From an uncultured Pelagibacteraceae bacterium (GTDB lineage: Bacteria > Pseudomonadota > Alphaproteobacteria > Pelagibacterales > Pelagibacteraceae), in NCBI GenBank assembly GCA_902635335.1, contig CACPNO010000001.1, forward strand, positions 95,018 to 159,017: 64,000 bases of DNA, written 5' to 3'. Numbering within the stretch: the stretch's first letter is position 1; the number at the start of each line of letters is the position of its first letter. A model generated the notes under the pieces. The model saw only the letters and a program-made list of their open reading frames with translations, did no database searches and was not told the DNA's origin. A program made the position numbers and the translations under genes. Positions 18,319 through 29,099 of the stretch are shown here, piece by piece.

Positions 18319-19677
18319 ATGTTTGAAAATTTAACAAATAAATTTGAAGAAATATTTTCTTCTTTAAAAAAGGCACCTTCGCTTGATGAAAAACAAGTAG
18401 ATGAGGGTTTAAGAGAGATTAGGCTTGCTCTTTTAGAAGCGGATGTATCTTTAGAAGTTGTAAAAGAATTTATAAATAGAGTGAAACCCAAAGCTCTTGG
18501 TCAAGAGATCGTCAGATCTACTTCACCTGGACAGATGGTAGTTAAAGTTGTTAACGACGAGTTAATTTCTTTCTTAGGGGATAAAAACTCTGATATTGAA
18601 TTAAATGCAGTTCCTCCTGTTCCAGTGATGTTAGTTGGGTTACAGGGTTCTGGAAAAACTACAACTACTGCTAAGTTAGCAAGATTTTTAGAGGCTAACA
18701 AAAAGAAAAAAGTTATGATGGCTAGTCTAGACGTTTACAGACCTGCTGCACAAGAGCAACTAAGACTTTTGGGTGAGCAAAATAATATAATAACGCTTCC
18801 AGTCATCAAAGATCAACTTCCTGCAGATATTTGCAGAAGAGCGATTAGTGCTGCTAATCTTAATGGAGCAGATGTCATTCTATTTGATACAGCCGGAAGA
18901 ACTCAGATTGATTTACAAATGATGAGTGAAATTAAACAAATTGAAAGTATTATAAACCCTTCAGAAACAATTCTTGTTGCAGATTCTTTAACTGGTCAAG
19001 TAGCAGCTAATGTAGCTAAAGAATTTAAAAGCACAGTAAATCTGACAGGCATTATTCTTACAAGATCAGATGGTGATGGAAGAGGTGGAGCGGCATTAAG
19101 TATGAAATATGTTGCGGGTGTTCCAATAAAATTTTTAGGAGTTGGTGAAAAGATAGAAAATTTTGAAGTTTTTCATCCAGACAGAATTGCCAAAAGAATT
19201 TTAGGTATGGGAGATATTGTTTCCCTTGTTGAAAAGGCTGCAGAAGATCTAGATGAAGAAAAATTAAAAAAAACAGAGGAAAAATTAAAAAAAGGTCAGT
19301 TCTCGTTAGAGGATTATCTTACTCAGCTAAGACAAATGAAAAAAATGGGAGGTATTGAAGGTATAATGTCTTTTTTGCCTGGTGTTTCAAAAGTTAAATC
19401 TCAAATGGACCAAGCAGGAGTGGATGAAAAAATAATTACTCAAAACGAAGCAGTAATTTTATCAATGACTAAAAAAGAGCGTGAAAACCCTAAGATTATA
19501 GATGGTTCTAGAAAAAAAAGAATTGCTAATGGCTCAGGAACAGACGTAGCCACTATCAATAAATTGCTTAAGCAATTTAAGATGATGTCAGAAATGATGA
19601 AAAAAATGTCTAAAGGAAATACAAAAGGGATGATGGATAAAGGCATACCACCAGAACTTTTTAATCAATTAAAATAA
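18319..19677 (+). CDS. ffh: Signal recognition particle protein
   Basis: MFENL start (ATG 18319), GLQGSGKTTT, DTAGR, RILGMGD and Met-rich M domain. Confidence 0.98.
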   Translation: MFENLTNKFEEIFSSLKKAPSLDEKQVDEGLREIRLALLEADVSLEVVKEFINRVKPKALGQEIVRSTSPGQMVVKVVNDELISFLGDKNSDIELNAVPPVPVMLVGLQGSGKTTTTAKLARFLEANKKKKVMMASLDVYRPAAQEQLRLLGEQNNIITLPVIKDQLPADICRRAISAANLNGADVILFDTAGRTQIDLQMMSEIKQIESIINPSETILVADSLTGQVAANVAKEFKSTVNLTGIILTRSDGDGRGGAALSMKYVAGVPIKFLGVGEKIENFEVFHPDRIAKRILGMGDIVSLVEKAAEDLDEEKLKKTEEKLKKGQFSLEDYLTQLRQMKKMGGIEGIMSFLPGVSKVKSQMDQAGVDEKIITQNEAVILSMTKKERENPKIIDGSRKKRIANGSGTDVATINKLLKQFKMMSEMMKKMSKGNTKGMMDKGIPPELFNQLK

Positions 19678-19689
19678 ATAGGAGAACAA

Positions 19690-20148
19690 ATGTTAAAAAT
19701 GCGTTTATCAATGGGAGGAACTAAGAAGAGACCAGTTTATAAGATAGTGGTTGCTGATAGCAGATTTCCAAGAGATGGAAGGTTTATAGAAAAATTAGGT
19801 TTTTTTAATCCTCTAATTCCAAGAGAAAAAAAAGAAAGAATGGGATTAGATGTTGAGAGAGTTAAGTATTGGCTGGGTCAAGGGGCACAACCAACAACTA
19901 GAGTTGCAAGGTTATTAGGAGAAAATGAGATTATGCCTATGCCAGCAAAAGGTAATAATCCTCAAAAAGCTATTCCAAAAAAAGATAGAAAGAAAACTGA
20001 TGAGGGTGGCGATGCTAAAGCAGATGCTACTAAAGCAGATGCTACTAAAGCAGAAGAGCCAAAAACAGAGGCACCAAAAGAAGAAGCTAAACCAGAAGCT
20101 CCGAAGGAAGAAGCTAAACCAGAAGCTCCAAAGGAAGAAGCTAAATAG
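19690..20148 (+). CDS. rpsP: 30S ribosomal protein S16 with repetitive C-terminal tail
   Basis: [23 protein letters not shown] and GAQPT. SD AGGAG upstream. Confidence 0.97.
   Translation: MLKMRLSMGGTKKRPVYKIVVADSRFPRDGRFIEKLGFFNPLIPREKKERMGLDVERVKYWLGQGAQPTTRVARLLGENEIMPMPAKGNNPQKAIPKKDRKKTDEGGDAKADATKADATKAEEPKTEAPKEEAKPEAPKEEAKPEAPKEEAK
20016..20145 (+). repeat. In-frame tandem repeats in the rpsP tail (15-nt and 27-nt units)
   Basis: TAAAGCAGATGCTAC at 20016 and 20031 plus partial copy. GAAGAAGCTAAACCAGAAGCTCCRAAG at 20080 and 20107 plus partial copy at 20134. Confidence 0.9.
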
Positions 20149-20152
20149 AATA

Positions 20153-20836
20153 ATGTTTTTGTCTAGAGTATTTACGTTGTATCCTGAATATTTTCCTGGT
20201 TATTTGAGTAAAGGCCTTTTTGGAAAGTCAAAAGGAAAAGAATGGGATTTAGAAACAGTAAACATAAGAGATTATGCTTTAGACAAACATAAAACTGTTG
20301 ACGACACTCCTTATGGTGGAGGAAATGGAATGATTATGAAAGCAGATGTTTTGGCAAATTCATTAGATGCAAATATCAAGGCTAAAGAAAAAACCCTTTA
20401 TTTAAGTCCAAGAGGAAAAGTATTTAATTCTAAACTTGCAAGAGAGTTTTCGAATGAAAAAACAATCAATTTAATTTGTGGACACTTCGAAGGAGTAGAT
20501 GAGCGAATTTTAGAAAGTAGAGATATTGAAGAGATTAGCATTGGTGACTTTATATTGTCAGGGGGTGAAGTTGCTGCATTTGTTGTAACAGACTCTATTC
20601 TAAGATTTATTCCAGGAATTCTAGGAAATATTAATTCCTCAAGAGATGAGAGTTTTGAGAATGGCCTTCTTGAATATCCGCAATTCACAAAACCTCAAGT
20701 TTGGGAGGAAAAAAAGGTCCCAAATGTGCTAATTTCAGGGGATCATGCCAAAATTAAAGACTGGCGTTTATCTCAATCTGAGGCTATAACACGCGACCGA
20801 AGACCAGACTTGTGGCAAAAATATAAGAAAAATTAA
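20153..20836 (+). CDS. trmD: tRNA (guanine37-N1)-methyltransferase
   Basis: [31 protein letters not shown] and [11 protein letters not shown]. True start is ATG 20153. Confidence 0.96.
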   Translation: MFLSRVFTLYPEYFPGYLSKGLFGKSKGKEWDLETVNIRDYALDKHKTVDDTPYGGGNGMIMKADVLANSLDANIKAKEKTLYLSPRGKVFNSKLAREFSNEKTINLICGHFEGVDERILESRDIEEISIGDFILSGGEVAAFVVTDSILRFIPGILGNINSSRDESFENGLLEYPQFTKPQVWEEKKVPNVLISGDHAKIKDWRLSQSEAITRDRRPDLWQKYKKN

Positions 20837-20837
20837 A

Positions 20838-21380
20838 ATGAAAAATATTGAAGAAATAAACAGATTAAACTTAAACAAGATTATTTCTGAGAGAAAACAT
20901 CCTGATTTTTTCCCTGGTGATATCGTTAAAGTTGGGGTTAGGATAACAGAGGGTAAAAGAGACAGAATTCAATATTTTGAAGGTGTGTGTATCGCAAAAA
21001 AGAGTAGAGACATCAATTCATCTTTTACTGTTCGAAAAATTTCTTTTGGTGAGGGAGTAGAAAGAACTTTTGCATTATACAGCCCAATTGTAGATACAAT
21101 AAAAGTTGTAAGATCAGGGAAAGTAAGAAGAGCAAAATTATACTATCTTAGAGATAGAACTGGTAAATCTGCTAGAATAGCTGAAAAAATTAAGAAGACG
21201 ATCGGTATTGATTTAGAAACTAAAATTAATGAAGTTACTGAGGAAAACGTAATGCCATCAACTGATCCTCAAACAGAATCTCCAAAAGAAGGAGTTAAAG
21301 CTGAAGCTCCTAAAGAAGAAGTTAAAGCAGATTCTGCGAAAACAGAAGAAACGAAAGAAAATCAAGAACAGAAAAAATAA
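20838..21380 (+). CDS. rplS: 50S ribosomal protein L19 with acidic C-terminal tail
   Basis: RIQYFEG, FTVRKIS, GVERTF and [12 protein letters not shown]. Confidence 0.97.
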   Translation: MKNIEEINRLNLNKIISERKHPDFFPGDIVKVGVRITEGKRDRIQYFEGVCIAKKSRDINSSFTVRKISFGEGVERTFALYSPIVDTIKVVRSGKVRRAKLYYLRDRTGKSARIAEKIKKTIGIDLETKINEVTEENVMPSTDPQTESPKEGVKAEAPKEEVKADSAKTEETKENQEQKK

Positions 21381-21391
21381 TTTTTTTCTAA

Positions 21392-22795
21392 ATGCCTTTT
21401 ACAACTTACGATAAAATTTGGAACGAACATCTTGTTGATGAGCAACCAGATGGTACATCGCTATTATTTGTAGATAGACATTTAATTCATGAAGTTACAA
21501 GCCCTCAAGCATTTGAAGGCTTAAGAAATTCAAATAGAAAAGTAAGACATCCTAAATTAACCCTTGCTGTTGCAGATCATAATGTTCCAACAACTGATAG
21601 GTCAAAAGGTATTTCAGATGAAGACTCGAGAATTCAAGTTGAAACTTTGAACAAAAACTGTAAGGAATTTGGTGTCGAGATATTTGGAATGGACGATAAA
21701 AGACAAGGCATTGTCCATATCATTGGACCCGAACAAGGTTTTACTCAGCCTGGAAATATTATTGTTTGTGGTGATAGTCATACCGCAACTCATGGAGCAT
21801 TTGGAGCTTTAGCGTTTGGTATAGGAACTTCTGAGGTAGAACACGTTTTAGCAACACAAACTTTAGTTCAGAAAAAATCTAAAAACTTTAGAATTAGCGT
21901 AAATGGCTCATTACCTATTGGAGTAACATCAAAGGATGTCATCTTGCAGATAATTGGAAAAATAGGAACAGCTGGTGGTACTGGTTATGTGATTGAGTAT
22001 GCTGGTAACCTTATATCTAATCTAAGTGTTGAACAAAGAATGACGATTTGCAACATGACTATTGAAGGTGGGGCAAGAGCAGGCCTAATTCAACCAGATG
22101 AAAAGATATTTCAATATTTAAAAGGTAAACCAATGTCACCAAAAGGAGACAACTGGGAAAAAGCTTTGGAATATTGGCATACATTGAAATCTGATAAGGA
22201 CGCAAACTTTGATAAAGAATTAACGTTAGATGGATCTCAAATTAAACCAATGGTAACTTGGGGAACATCTCCCCAGGATGTGGTTGAAATAGACGGTAAA
22301 GTTCCCAATCCTGAAAATGAAACTGACCCAGATAGAAAAAATTCAATTAATAGATCATTAAATTATATGGGATTAAAACCAAATACGAACATTCAAGATA
22401 TTAAGATTGATAAAGTTTTTATAGGAAGCTGCACTAATGGAAGAATAGAAGATATAAGAGAGGCAGCTAAAATATTAAAAGATAAAAAAGTTGCATCACA
22501 TGTACATGCAATGATTGTACCAGGTTCTGGTTTAGTTAAAGAACAAGCAGAGCAGGAGGGTCTAGATAAAATATTTTTACAATCAGGTTTTGAATGGAGA
22601 GAGCCAGGCTGTTCAATGTGTCTAGCAATGAATGCGGATAAGCTTAAACCTGAAGAAAGATGTGCATCTACCTCTAATAGAAATTTTGAGGGTAGACAGG
22701 GAAGAGGTGGTAGAACACACTTAGTTAGTCCAGCAATGGCTGCGGCAGCTGCAATTTCTGGTAACTTGGATGATGTTAGAAAATACCAAAATTAA
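21392..22795 (+). CDS. leuC: 3-isopropylmalate dehydratase large subunit
   Basis: [21 protein letters not shown] and CSMCLAMN. Confidence 0.98.
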   Translation: MPFTTYDKIWNEHLVDEQPDGTSLLFVDRHLIHEVTSPQAFEGLRNSNRKVRHPKLTLAVADHNVPTTDRSKGISDEDSRIQVETLNKNCKEFGVEIFGMDDKRQGIVHIIGPEQGFTQPGNIIVCGDSHTATHGAFGALAFGIGTSEVEHVLATQTLVQKKSKNFRISVNGSLPIGVTSKDVILQIIGKIGTAGGTGYVIEYAGNLISNLSVEQRMTICNMTIEGGARAGLIQPDEKIFQYLKGKPMSPKGDNWEKALEYWHTLKSDKDANFDKELTLDGSQIKPMVTWGTSPQDVVEIDGKVPNPENETDPDRKNSINRSLNYMGLKPNTNIQDIKIDKVFIGSCTNGRIEDIREAAKILKDKKVASHVHAMIVPGSGLVKEQAEQEGLDKIFLQSGFEWREPGCSMCLAMNADKLKPEERCASTSNRNFEGRQGRGGRTHLVSPAMAAAAAISGNLDDVRKYQN

Positions 22796-23401
22796 ATGAA
22801 TAAATTTATCTCAATAAAAAGTGTTCCAGCTTATCTACCTATCGTCAATATAGATACAGACATGATAATTCCTAAACAGTTTTTAAAAACTATAAAAAGA
22901 ACTGGTCTAGGAAAAAATTTATTTTTTGAAATGAGATATGACCAAAGTGGTAAAGAGATAGATGACTTTATTTTAAATAATAGTCCGTATAATAATTCTA
23001 AAATTTTAATTGCAGGAAAGAATTTTGGATGTGGCTCTTCTAGAGAACATGCTCCTTGGGCTTTAATGGATTTTGGAATAACTTGTGTAATTAGTTCAAG
23101 TTATGCAGATATATTTTATAATAACTGTTTTAAGAATGGAATTCTCCCAATTACAATTTCAGAGGATCAAATCAAAGAAATTTCAGAGTACTCGAATAGA
23201 AAAGAGGAAATTTCTATAAATTTGCCTGAGCAAACAATAAGTTTTGGTAATAAAGAAATAAAATTTGAAATAGATCAATTTAAGAAAAAATGTCTAATAG
23301 AGGGATTAGATGACATTGCGTTATCTCTAGAAAAATCTGAAAAAATAGTTTCATACGAAAATAAAATTAAAGAGGCAAAACCTTGGATATTTAATGATTA
23401 A
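22796..23401 (+). CDS. leuD: 3-isopropylmalate dehydratase small subunit
   Basis: [13 protein letters not shown] and [15 protein letters not shown]. Confidence 0.98.
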   Translation: MNKFISIKSVPAYLPIVNIDTDMIIPKQFLKTIKRTGLGKNLFFEMRYDQSGKEIDDFILNNSPYNNSKILIAGKNFGCGSSREHAPWALMDFGITCVISSSYADIFYNNCFKNGILPITISEDQIKEISEYSNRKEEISINLPEQTISFGNKEIKFEIDQFKKKCLIEGLDDIALSLEKSEKIVSYENKIKEAKPWIFND

Positions 23402-24500
23402 AATTAAAAAAAGAAAAATTTTATTATTACCAGGGGATGGTATCGGACCCGAGGTAATTGCTGAAGTCAAAAAAATAATTGAATGGTTCAACTCAAATAA
23501 ATCCTTGGATTTTGAAATTGACCAAGATTTAGTTGGAGGGGCTGCTTATGATAAACATGGAACTCCAATAACTGATGAAGCTTTTTACAAGGCCCAAGAA
23601 AGCGCTGCAGTAATATTGGGTGCTGTTGGTGGACCAAAATGGGATAATATTGATTTTTCAAAAAAACCAGAGAGAGCTCTATTAAAATTAAGAAAAGAAT
23701 TAAAATTATTTGCAAATTTGAGACCTGCAATTTGTTTTAAACAACTCGTTGATGCCTCAAGTTTAAAGCCTGAATTTGTTTCTAATTTAGATATTCTTTT
23801 TGTTAGAGAATTAACAGGTGGGATTTACTTTGGTGAACCTAGAGGGATAAAACCAATTGACAATGGTGAAAGAAAAGGAATTAATACTCATGTCTATACT
23901 ACTAGTGAAATCGAGAGAGTAGCCCGTGTTGCATTTGATCTAGCCAGAAAAAGGAATAATAAAGTTACTTCCTGTGAAAAGTCGAATGTCATGGAGGCAG
24001 GTCAATTATGGAAAGAAGAAGTGCAAGCAATTCATGAAAAAGAATATAGTGATGTAGAATTAAAACATATGCTAGCAGATAACTGTGCAATGCAGTTAGT
24101 TAGAAATCCTAAACAATTTGATGTGATAGTAACAGATAATCTTTTTGGTGACATGTTATCAGATGAAGCTGCAATGTTGACTGGTTCACTAGGGCTTTTA
24201 CCATCTGCGTCTCTTGGAGCCAAAGATAAAAATGGTAATATGAGATCTTTATATGAGCCAGTCCATGGATCAGCACCCGATATAGCAGGTCAAGGTATTG
24301 CTAATCCAATAGCAACAATACTGAGTTTCGCAATGGCTTTAAGATATTCTTTAGACCTAGATAAAGAGGCAGATAGTTTAGAAAAAGCTGTTCAAGGTGT
24401 GCTTGATGAGGGTCTTAGAACTAAAGACATTATTTCTAAGGGAATGAAAGAAGTATCAACATCAGTAATGGGAGATGCGATAATTTCAAAATTGCAATAA
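23394..24500 (+). CDS. leuB: 3-isopropylmalate dehydrogenase
   Basis: [28 protein letters not shown] and [12 protein letters not shown]. Confidence 0.98.
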   Translation: MIKIKKRKILLLPGDGIGPEVIAEVKKIIEWFNSNKSLDFEIDQDLVGGAAYDKHGTPITDEAFYKAQESAAVILGAVGGPKWDNIDFSKKPERALLKLRKELKLFANLRPAICFKQLVDASSLKPEFVSNLDILFVRELTGGIYFGEPRGIKPIDNGERKGINTHVYTTSEIERVARVAFDLARKRNNKVTSCEKSNVMEAGQLWKEEVQAIHEKEYSDVELKHMLADNCAMQLVRNPKQFDVIVTDNLFGDMLSDEAAMLTGSLGLLPSASLGAKDKNGNMRSLYEPVHGSAPDIAGQGIANPIATILSFAMALRYSLDLDKEADSLEKAVQGVLDEGLRTKDIISKGMKEVSTSVMGDAIISKLQ

Positions 24501-24526
24501 TTAAACATTTATTCTAAAGTATATTT

Positions 24527-26290
24527 ATGCCAACTTATAATGCACCTGTAGATGATATGATGTTTCTCTTTGATAAATTGAGGAACAATAAAAAATATAA
24601 TGAAATTGAGAAATATAAAGAAGTTAATACAGAATTAGTCAAAGATATTTTAGATGAAGCAGCAAAAATTACTCAAAACTTAATCTTACCTCTTGCAAAA
24701 AGTGGAGATGAAACGCCAGCTGTTTTAGAAAATGGTGTGGTTAGAACACCTCCAGGATATAAGGAAGCGTATCAAAAATTTATAGAGGATGGATGGATTT
24801 CTTTATCTTGTGATCCAAAATATGGTGGTCAGGGAATGCCGAAAACAGTAAGTACTTTCTTTGACGAAATGTTATCATCTGCAAGCTTATCTTTTAAACT
24901 TTACAGTGAATTAACCATTGGAGCATATAACTGTTTGTTAAGGCATGCTGATGATGAGATAAAAAATACTTATTTACCTAAAATGGTTGAGGGTAAATGG
25001 AGCGGCACAATGTGTTTAACAGAACCAGTATGTGGAACAGACTTAGGTCTTCTAAAAACAAAAGCAGTAGATCAAAATGATGGAACTTACAAAATAAGTG
25101 GTCAAAAAATTTTTATTACTTCTGGTGATCAAGATTTAACAGAAAATATCATTCATTTAGTATTAGCTCGATCAACAGACTCACCAGCAGGAACAAAAGG
25201 TATTAGTTTATTTTTAGTTCCAAAATTTGTTTTAAATAAAGATGGATCAGTTGGGCCAAGAAACGGAGTTTCAACAGGTTCAATAGAAAACAAAATGGGT
25301 ATTAAAGGATCTGCAACATGTGTGTTAAATTTTGATGATGCTGTTGGTTATATGATTGGACCTAAAAACAAAGGCCTTAACTCTATGTTTACAATGATGA
25401 ATTTGGAGAGAATTATTGTTGGAATTCAAGGTCTAGGCATTTCTGAAATTGCATACCAAAATTCCCTTACTTACGCTAAAGAAAGAAAACAAGGTAAGGC
25501 ATTTAATTCAAAATCGAATAATGGTGCAGATTTTATTATTGATCACGTTGATATTAGACGGTCACTATTGAGTATGAAATCTATGATAGAGGGGCAAAGA
25601 GCCTTGAGTTTTTGGCTGTCTCAACAAATTGAAGTTAGCTTAAATCATTCTGATGAAAAAATAAAACAAGAAGCCTCAGATCTTGTTTCATTAATGACAC
25701 CAGTTGTTAAATCTCTTTTCACAGATAATGCAATGGAGATAACAAGTGAAGCAATGCAAATTCATGGAGGATATGGATTTACGAAAGATCAAGGTATTGA
25801 ACAATTCTATAGAGACAATAGAATTACACCTATTTATGAGGGAACAAATTCTGTTCAAGCTGCCGACTTAGTTTTCAGAAAATTAATCAACAAAAATGGT
25901 GATATTATTGAAAACTATCTAAACTTAGTTAAAGATGAGATTAAAATTACTGACAAAAAAGCTGAACCCTTTGTAAAACAACTTAACTATCATATTGATA
26001 TTTTATCAAAATTTACTGATTGGATGAAGGAAAAGATAAAAAATTCTCCAGAAGATGCAAGCGGAGCCTGTAATGACTATTTAAAAGTTCTAGGTTTAGT
26101 TGCTACTGGGCATGCTTGGTTAAAGGTTCTAGAAGTCTCCTTCAAAGAATATGAGAGTAATAAAGATTTTTATGAGGACAAAATCCAAACAGCCAACTTT
26201 TTCTTTAATAGAGTGCTTCCTAGGATAGAAAGTAGTTATATTACTGCAACAACTGGAAGTAATTATATTATGAATTACAAATTTAATTAG
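24527..26290 (+). CDS. dmdC: Acyl-CoA dehydrogenase, 3-methylmercaptopropionyl-CoA dehydrogenase
   Basis: GTMCLTEP, KMGIKGSAT, GGYG and IYEGTN. Clustered with dmdB and dmdA. Confidence 0.85.
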   Translation: MPTYNAPVDDMMFLFDKLRNNKKYNEIEKYKEVNTELVKDILDEAAKITQNLILPLAKSGDETPAVLENGVVRTPPGYKEAYQKFIEDGWISLSCDPKYGGQGMPKTVSTFFDEMLSSASLSFKLYSELTIGAYNCLLRHADDEIKNTYLPKMVEGKWSGTMCLTEPVCGTDLGLLKTKAVDQNDGTYKISGQKIFITSGDQDLTENIIHLVLARSTDSPAGTKGISLFLVPKFVLNKDGSVGPRNGVSTGSIENKMGIKGSATCVLNFDDAVGYMIGPKNKGLNSMFTMMNLERIIVGIQGLGISEIAYQNSLTYAKERKQGKAFNSKSNNGADFIIDHVDIRRSLLSMKSMIEGQRALSFWLSQQIEVSLNHSDEKIKQEASDLVSLMTPVVKSLFTDNAMEITSEAMQIHGGYGFTKDQGIEQFYRDNRITPIYEGTNSVQAADLVFRKLINKNGDIIENYLNLVKDEIKITDKKAEPFVKQLNYHIDILSKFTDWMKEKIKNSPEDASGACNDYLKVLGLVATGHAWLKVLEVSFKEYESNKDFYEDKIQTANFFFNRVLPRIESSYITATTGSNYIMNYKFN

Positions 26291-26291
26291 A

Positions 26292-27920
26292 ATGAACCCT
26301 TATGAAACAAATTTGGACAAAAACCAAGCCAATTATGTTCCATTAACTCCTTTATCATTTCTAGAAAGAGCAAAAGATATTTATCCAAACTACGAAGCAG
26401 TAGTTTATGAAAGTAGAAAATACACTTGGAGTGAAGTTTACAAAAGATGTATTAAGTTTGCCAGTGCATTAGATAAATTAGGAATTAAAATAGGTGATAC
26501 GGTATCTGTTTTGGCTTTTAACACACCTGAAATATTCGAAGCGCATTATTCAATACCTATGGTTGGAGCAGTTATTAATGCAATTAATACAAGACTAGAT
26601 TCAAAAACAATTAGTTACATTTTAAATCACAGTGAAGCAAAGGTGCTAATTGTAGACAGACAATTTCATGATGTAGTAAAAAAAGCTTTAGAAGATGTTA
26701 AACAAGAAATAAAAATAATAGACATTGATGATAAAGACGCAAACTTAACCGACTCTAAAAATATTGGATCTTTGGAATATGAGGAATTTTTAAATTCTGG
26801 GGATGAAAATTTTAAATGGAAAATGCCAAAAGATGAGTGGCAAGCTATAGCTTTGGGTTATACTTCAGGTACAACCGGTAATCCGAAAGGAGTTGTTTAT
26901 CATCACAGAGGATCATATTTAATGGCAACTGGAAGTGCGGTAGCATGGAACATGCCTAATCAATTAAATTTTTTATACACAGTTCCAATGTTTCATTGTA
27001 ATGGCTGGTGCTATCCTTGGACAATGTCAATGATACACGGTCGAGTAATTTGTCTGAGAAATATTGATGTAAAAAAGATATTTGAATTAATTGAAAAATA
27101 TGAAGTTACTCATTTTGGTGGAGCACCAATAGTTTTAAACATGTTAGCTAATGCACCTGAGGATCAGCAAAAAGAGTTAAAAAGAAAGGTCTATGTATTA
27201 ACAGCAGGCGCTCCTCCTCCTAGTATAATTTTTGAAAAAATGCAAAAGTTAGGCTTTGAAGTAATGCATGTATATGGTCTAACGGAAACTTATGGTCATA
27301 TTTTGCAGTGTGCATGGAATCAAGAATGGGATGAATTAGATCAAAATAATCAAAATGAAATTAGAGCAAGACAAGGTGTAAGGTATCCCAATACAGAAGG
27401 CGTAATTGTTATGGACCCTGAAACCATGAAGCCTGTTCCTCATGACGGAAAAACAATGGGTGAGATAATGATTAGAGGAAATGTTGTAATGAAAGGGTAT
27501 TTTAAAGACAAAGAAGCTACAGAAAAATCAATGGATGGAGGATGGTTTCATTCCGGGGACTTAGCTGTAACGCATCCAAGTGGTTACATAAAAATACAAG
27601 ACCGATCAAAAGATATTATAATTTCAGGAGGAGAAAATATTTCATCTATTGAGATAGAAAATACGATTTCAAAACATCCTGCTGTATCACTCGCAGCTGT
27701 TGTAGCAAAACCAGATGAGAAATGGGGCGAAACACCTTGTGCTTTTGTTGAATTAATCGAGGGAAAATCAAGCTCAGAGGAAGAAATTATTAAATTTTGT
27801 CGAGAAACTCTTGCTGGATTTAAACTTCCTAAGAAGGTTGTATTTGCTCCGCTACCAAAGACATCCACTGGAAAGATTCAAAAGTTTGAACTGAGAAAAC
27901 AAGCTAAGGAATTAAACTAA
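26292..27920 (+). CDS. dmdB: Acyl-CoA ligase, 3-methylmercaptopropionate-CoA ligase
   Basis: NYVPLTPLSFL, YTSGTTGNPKG, PMFHCNGW and YGLTE. Located between dmdC and dmdA. Confidence 0.85.
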   Translation: MNPYETNLDKNQANYVPLTPLSFLERAKDIYPNYEAVVYESRKYTWSEVYKRCIKFASALDKLGIKIGDTVSVLAFNTPEIFEAHYSIPMVGAVINAINTRLDSKTISYILNHSEAKVLIVDRQFHDVVKKALEDVKQEIKIIDIDDKDANLTDSKNIGSLEYEEFLNSGDENFKWKMPKDEWQAIALGYTSGTTGNPKGVVYHHRGSYLMATGSAVAWNMPNQLNFLYTVPMFHCNGWCYPWTMSMIHGRVICLRNIDVKKIFELIEKYEVTHFGGAPIVLNMLANAPEDQQKELKRKVYVLTAGAPPPSIIFEKMQKLGFEVMHVYGLTETYGHILQCAWNQEWDELDQNNQNEIRARQGVRYPNTEGVIVMDPETMKPVPHDGKTMGEIMIRGNVVMKGYFKDKEATEKSMDGGWFHSGDLAVTHPSGYIKIQDRSKDIIISGGENISSIEIENTISKHPAVSLAAVVAKPDEKWGETPCAFVELIEGKSSSEEEIIKFCRETLAGFKLPKKVVFAPLPKTSTGKIQKFELRKQAKELN

Positions 27921-27970
27921 TATAGTTTCTTTACAAAAATCAAATAAGATGGCAGTAATGCTCAAAAAAA

Positions 27971-29080
27971 ATGAAAACTTTTTTAATAGCAAAATCAAGA
28001 AGGCTTAGAGGTACACCGTACACGTCTAGAATTGAAAAACAAGGTGTAACTGCTTATACTATATATAATCATATGTTGCTGCCAGCAGCATTCGGTTCTG
28101 TAGAAGATGCTTACCATCACTTAAAAGAGCATGTTCAGATTTGGGATGTTGCCGCTGAAAGACAAGTTGAAATTTCTGGTAAAGATTCAGCTAAATTAGT
28201 TCAATTGATGACTTGCAGAGATTTATCAAAATCCAAAGATGGAAGATGTTATTATTGCCCAATCATTGATGATAATGCAGGTTTAATTAATGATCCTGTA
28301 GTTCTAAGATTAAATGAAAATAGGTGGTGGGTTTCTTTAGCCGACTCAGATGTAATTCTATTTGCCAAAGGATTAGCGATTGGAAATAAATTTGATGTAA
28401 AAATTTCTGAACCTGATGTTGATATAATGGCAGTGCAAGGACCAAAATCATTTCAATTAATGGAAAAAGTTTTTGGAAAAAAAATTGTAGATTTAAAATT
28501 TTTTGGTTTTGATTATTTTGAATTTGGTGGAGATAAACATCTTATTGCGAAGTCTGGATGGTCTAAACAAGGTGGCTATGAAATTTATATGGAACACAAC
28601 GAGTCAGGTTTAAAACTATACGATCATCTTTTTGAAATTGGTAAGGAATTCAATATTAGACCAGGTGGACCAAACCTTATCGAACGTATTGAGAGTGGTT
28701 TACTTTCCCATGGTAATGATATGGACAATGGAGATAATCCATATGAATGTGGTTTTGATAAGTATGTAAATATAGATAGTGATGTTGATTTTTTAGGTAA
28801 AGAAAAACTGAAAAAAATTAAAGCTGAAGGAATTAAAAAAAAACTTATGGGAGTAAAAATTGATGCCAAGGAAATAAGTGTTAATGGCTCAATGGATCTA
28901 GTAGATGAAGATAATAATACAATCGGAGAATTAAGATCTGGTTGTTACAATCCGACCTTTGAGCAAGTCATTGGGATTGCAATGATTAACAAACCACACT
29001 TTGAGACTTCGAAATCCTTTAAAATCAATATAAATGGCTCTGATTTTGATGGAAAAGTTTGTGATTTACCTTTCATTTAG
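27971..29080 (+). CDS. dmdA: DMSP demethylase (GcvT fold)
   Basis: [38 protein letters not shown] and PNLIERIE closely match Pelagibacter DmdA as recalled. 369 aa. Confidence 0.95.
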   Translation: MKTFLIAKSRRLRGTPYTSRIEKQGVTAYTIYNHMLLPAAFGSVEDAYHHLKEHVQIWDVAAERQVEISGKDSAKLVQLMTCRDLSKSKDGRCYYCPIIDDNAGLINDPVVLRLNENRWWVSLADSDVILFAKGLAIGNKFDVKISEPDVDIMAVQGPKSFQLMEKVFGKKIVDLKFFGFDYFEFGGDKHLIAKSGWSKQGGYEIYMEHNESGLKLYDHLFEIGKEFNIRPGGPNLIERIESGLLSHGNDMDNGDNPYECGFDKYVNIDSDVDFLGKEKLKKIKAEGIKKKLMGVKIDAKEISVNGSMDLVDEDNNTIGELRSGCYNPTFEQVIGIAMINKPHFETSKSFKININGSDFDGKVCDLPFI

Positions 29081-29099
29081 TATAAAACTTTAAAATATC

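Noticed and set aside
18180-18491. 103-aa minus-strand ORF across the ffh leader, and a GTG-extended ffh start at 18295
   Set aside because: Antisense to ffh and to a structured RNA with no recognisable motif. The conserved Ffh N-terminus starts at 18319.
20016-20145. Short direct repeats as a possible CRISPR array
   Set aside because: Tandem in-frame coding repeats with no spacers and no cas genes.
19925-20152. 76-aa Lys/Gln-rich N-terminal extension of TrmD in the ORF track
   Set aside because: It is the alternative frame of the rpsP repeat tail. TrmD homology begins at ATG 20153.
27971-29080. Glycine cleavage T protein
   Set aside because: Motifs and context (dmdB, dmdC) match DmdA, and no gcvH/gcvP is nearby.
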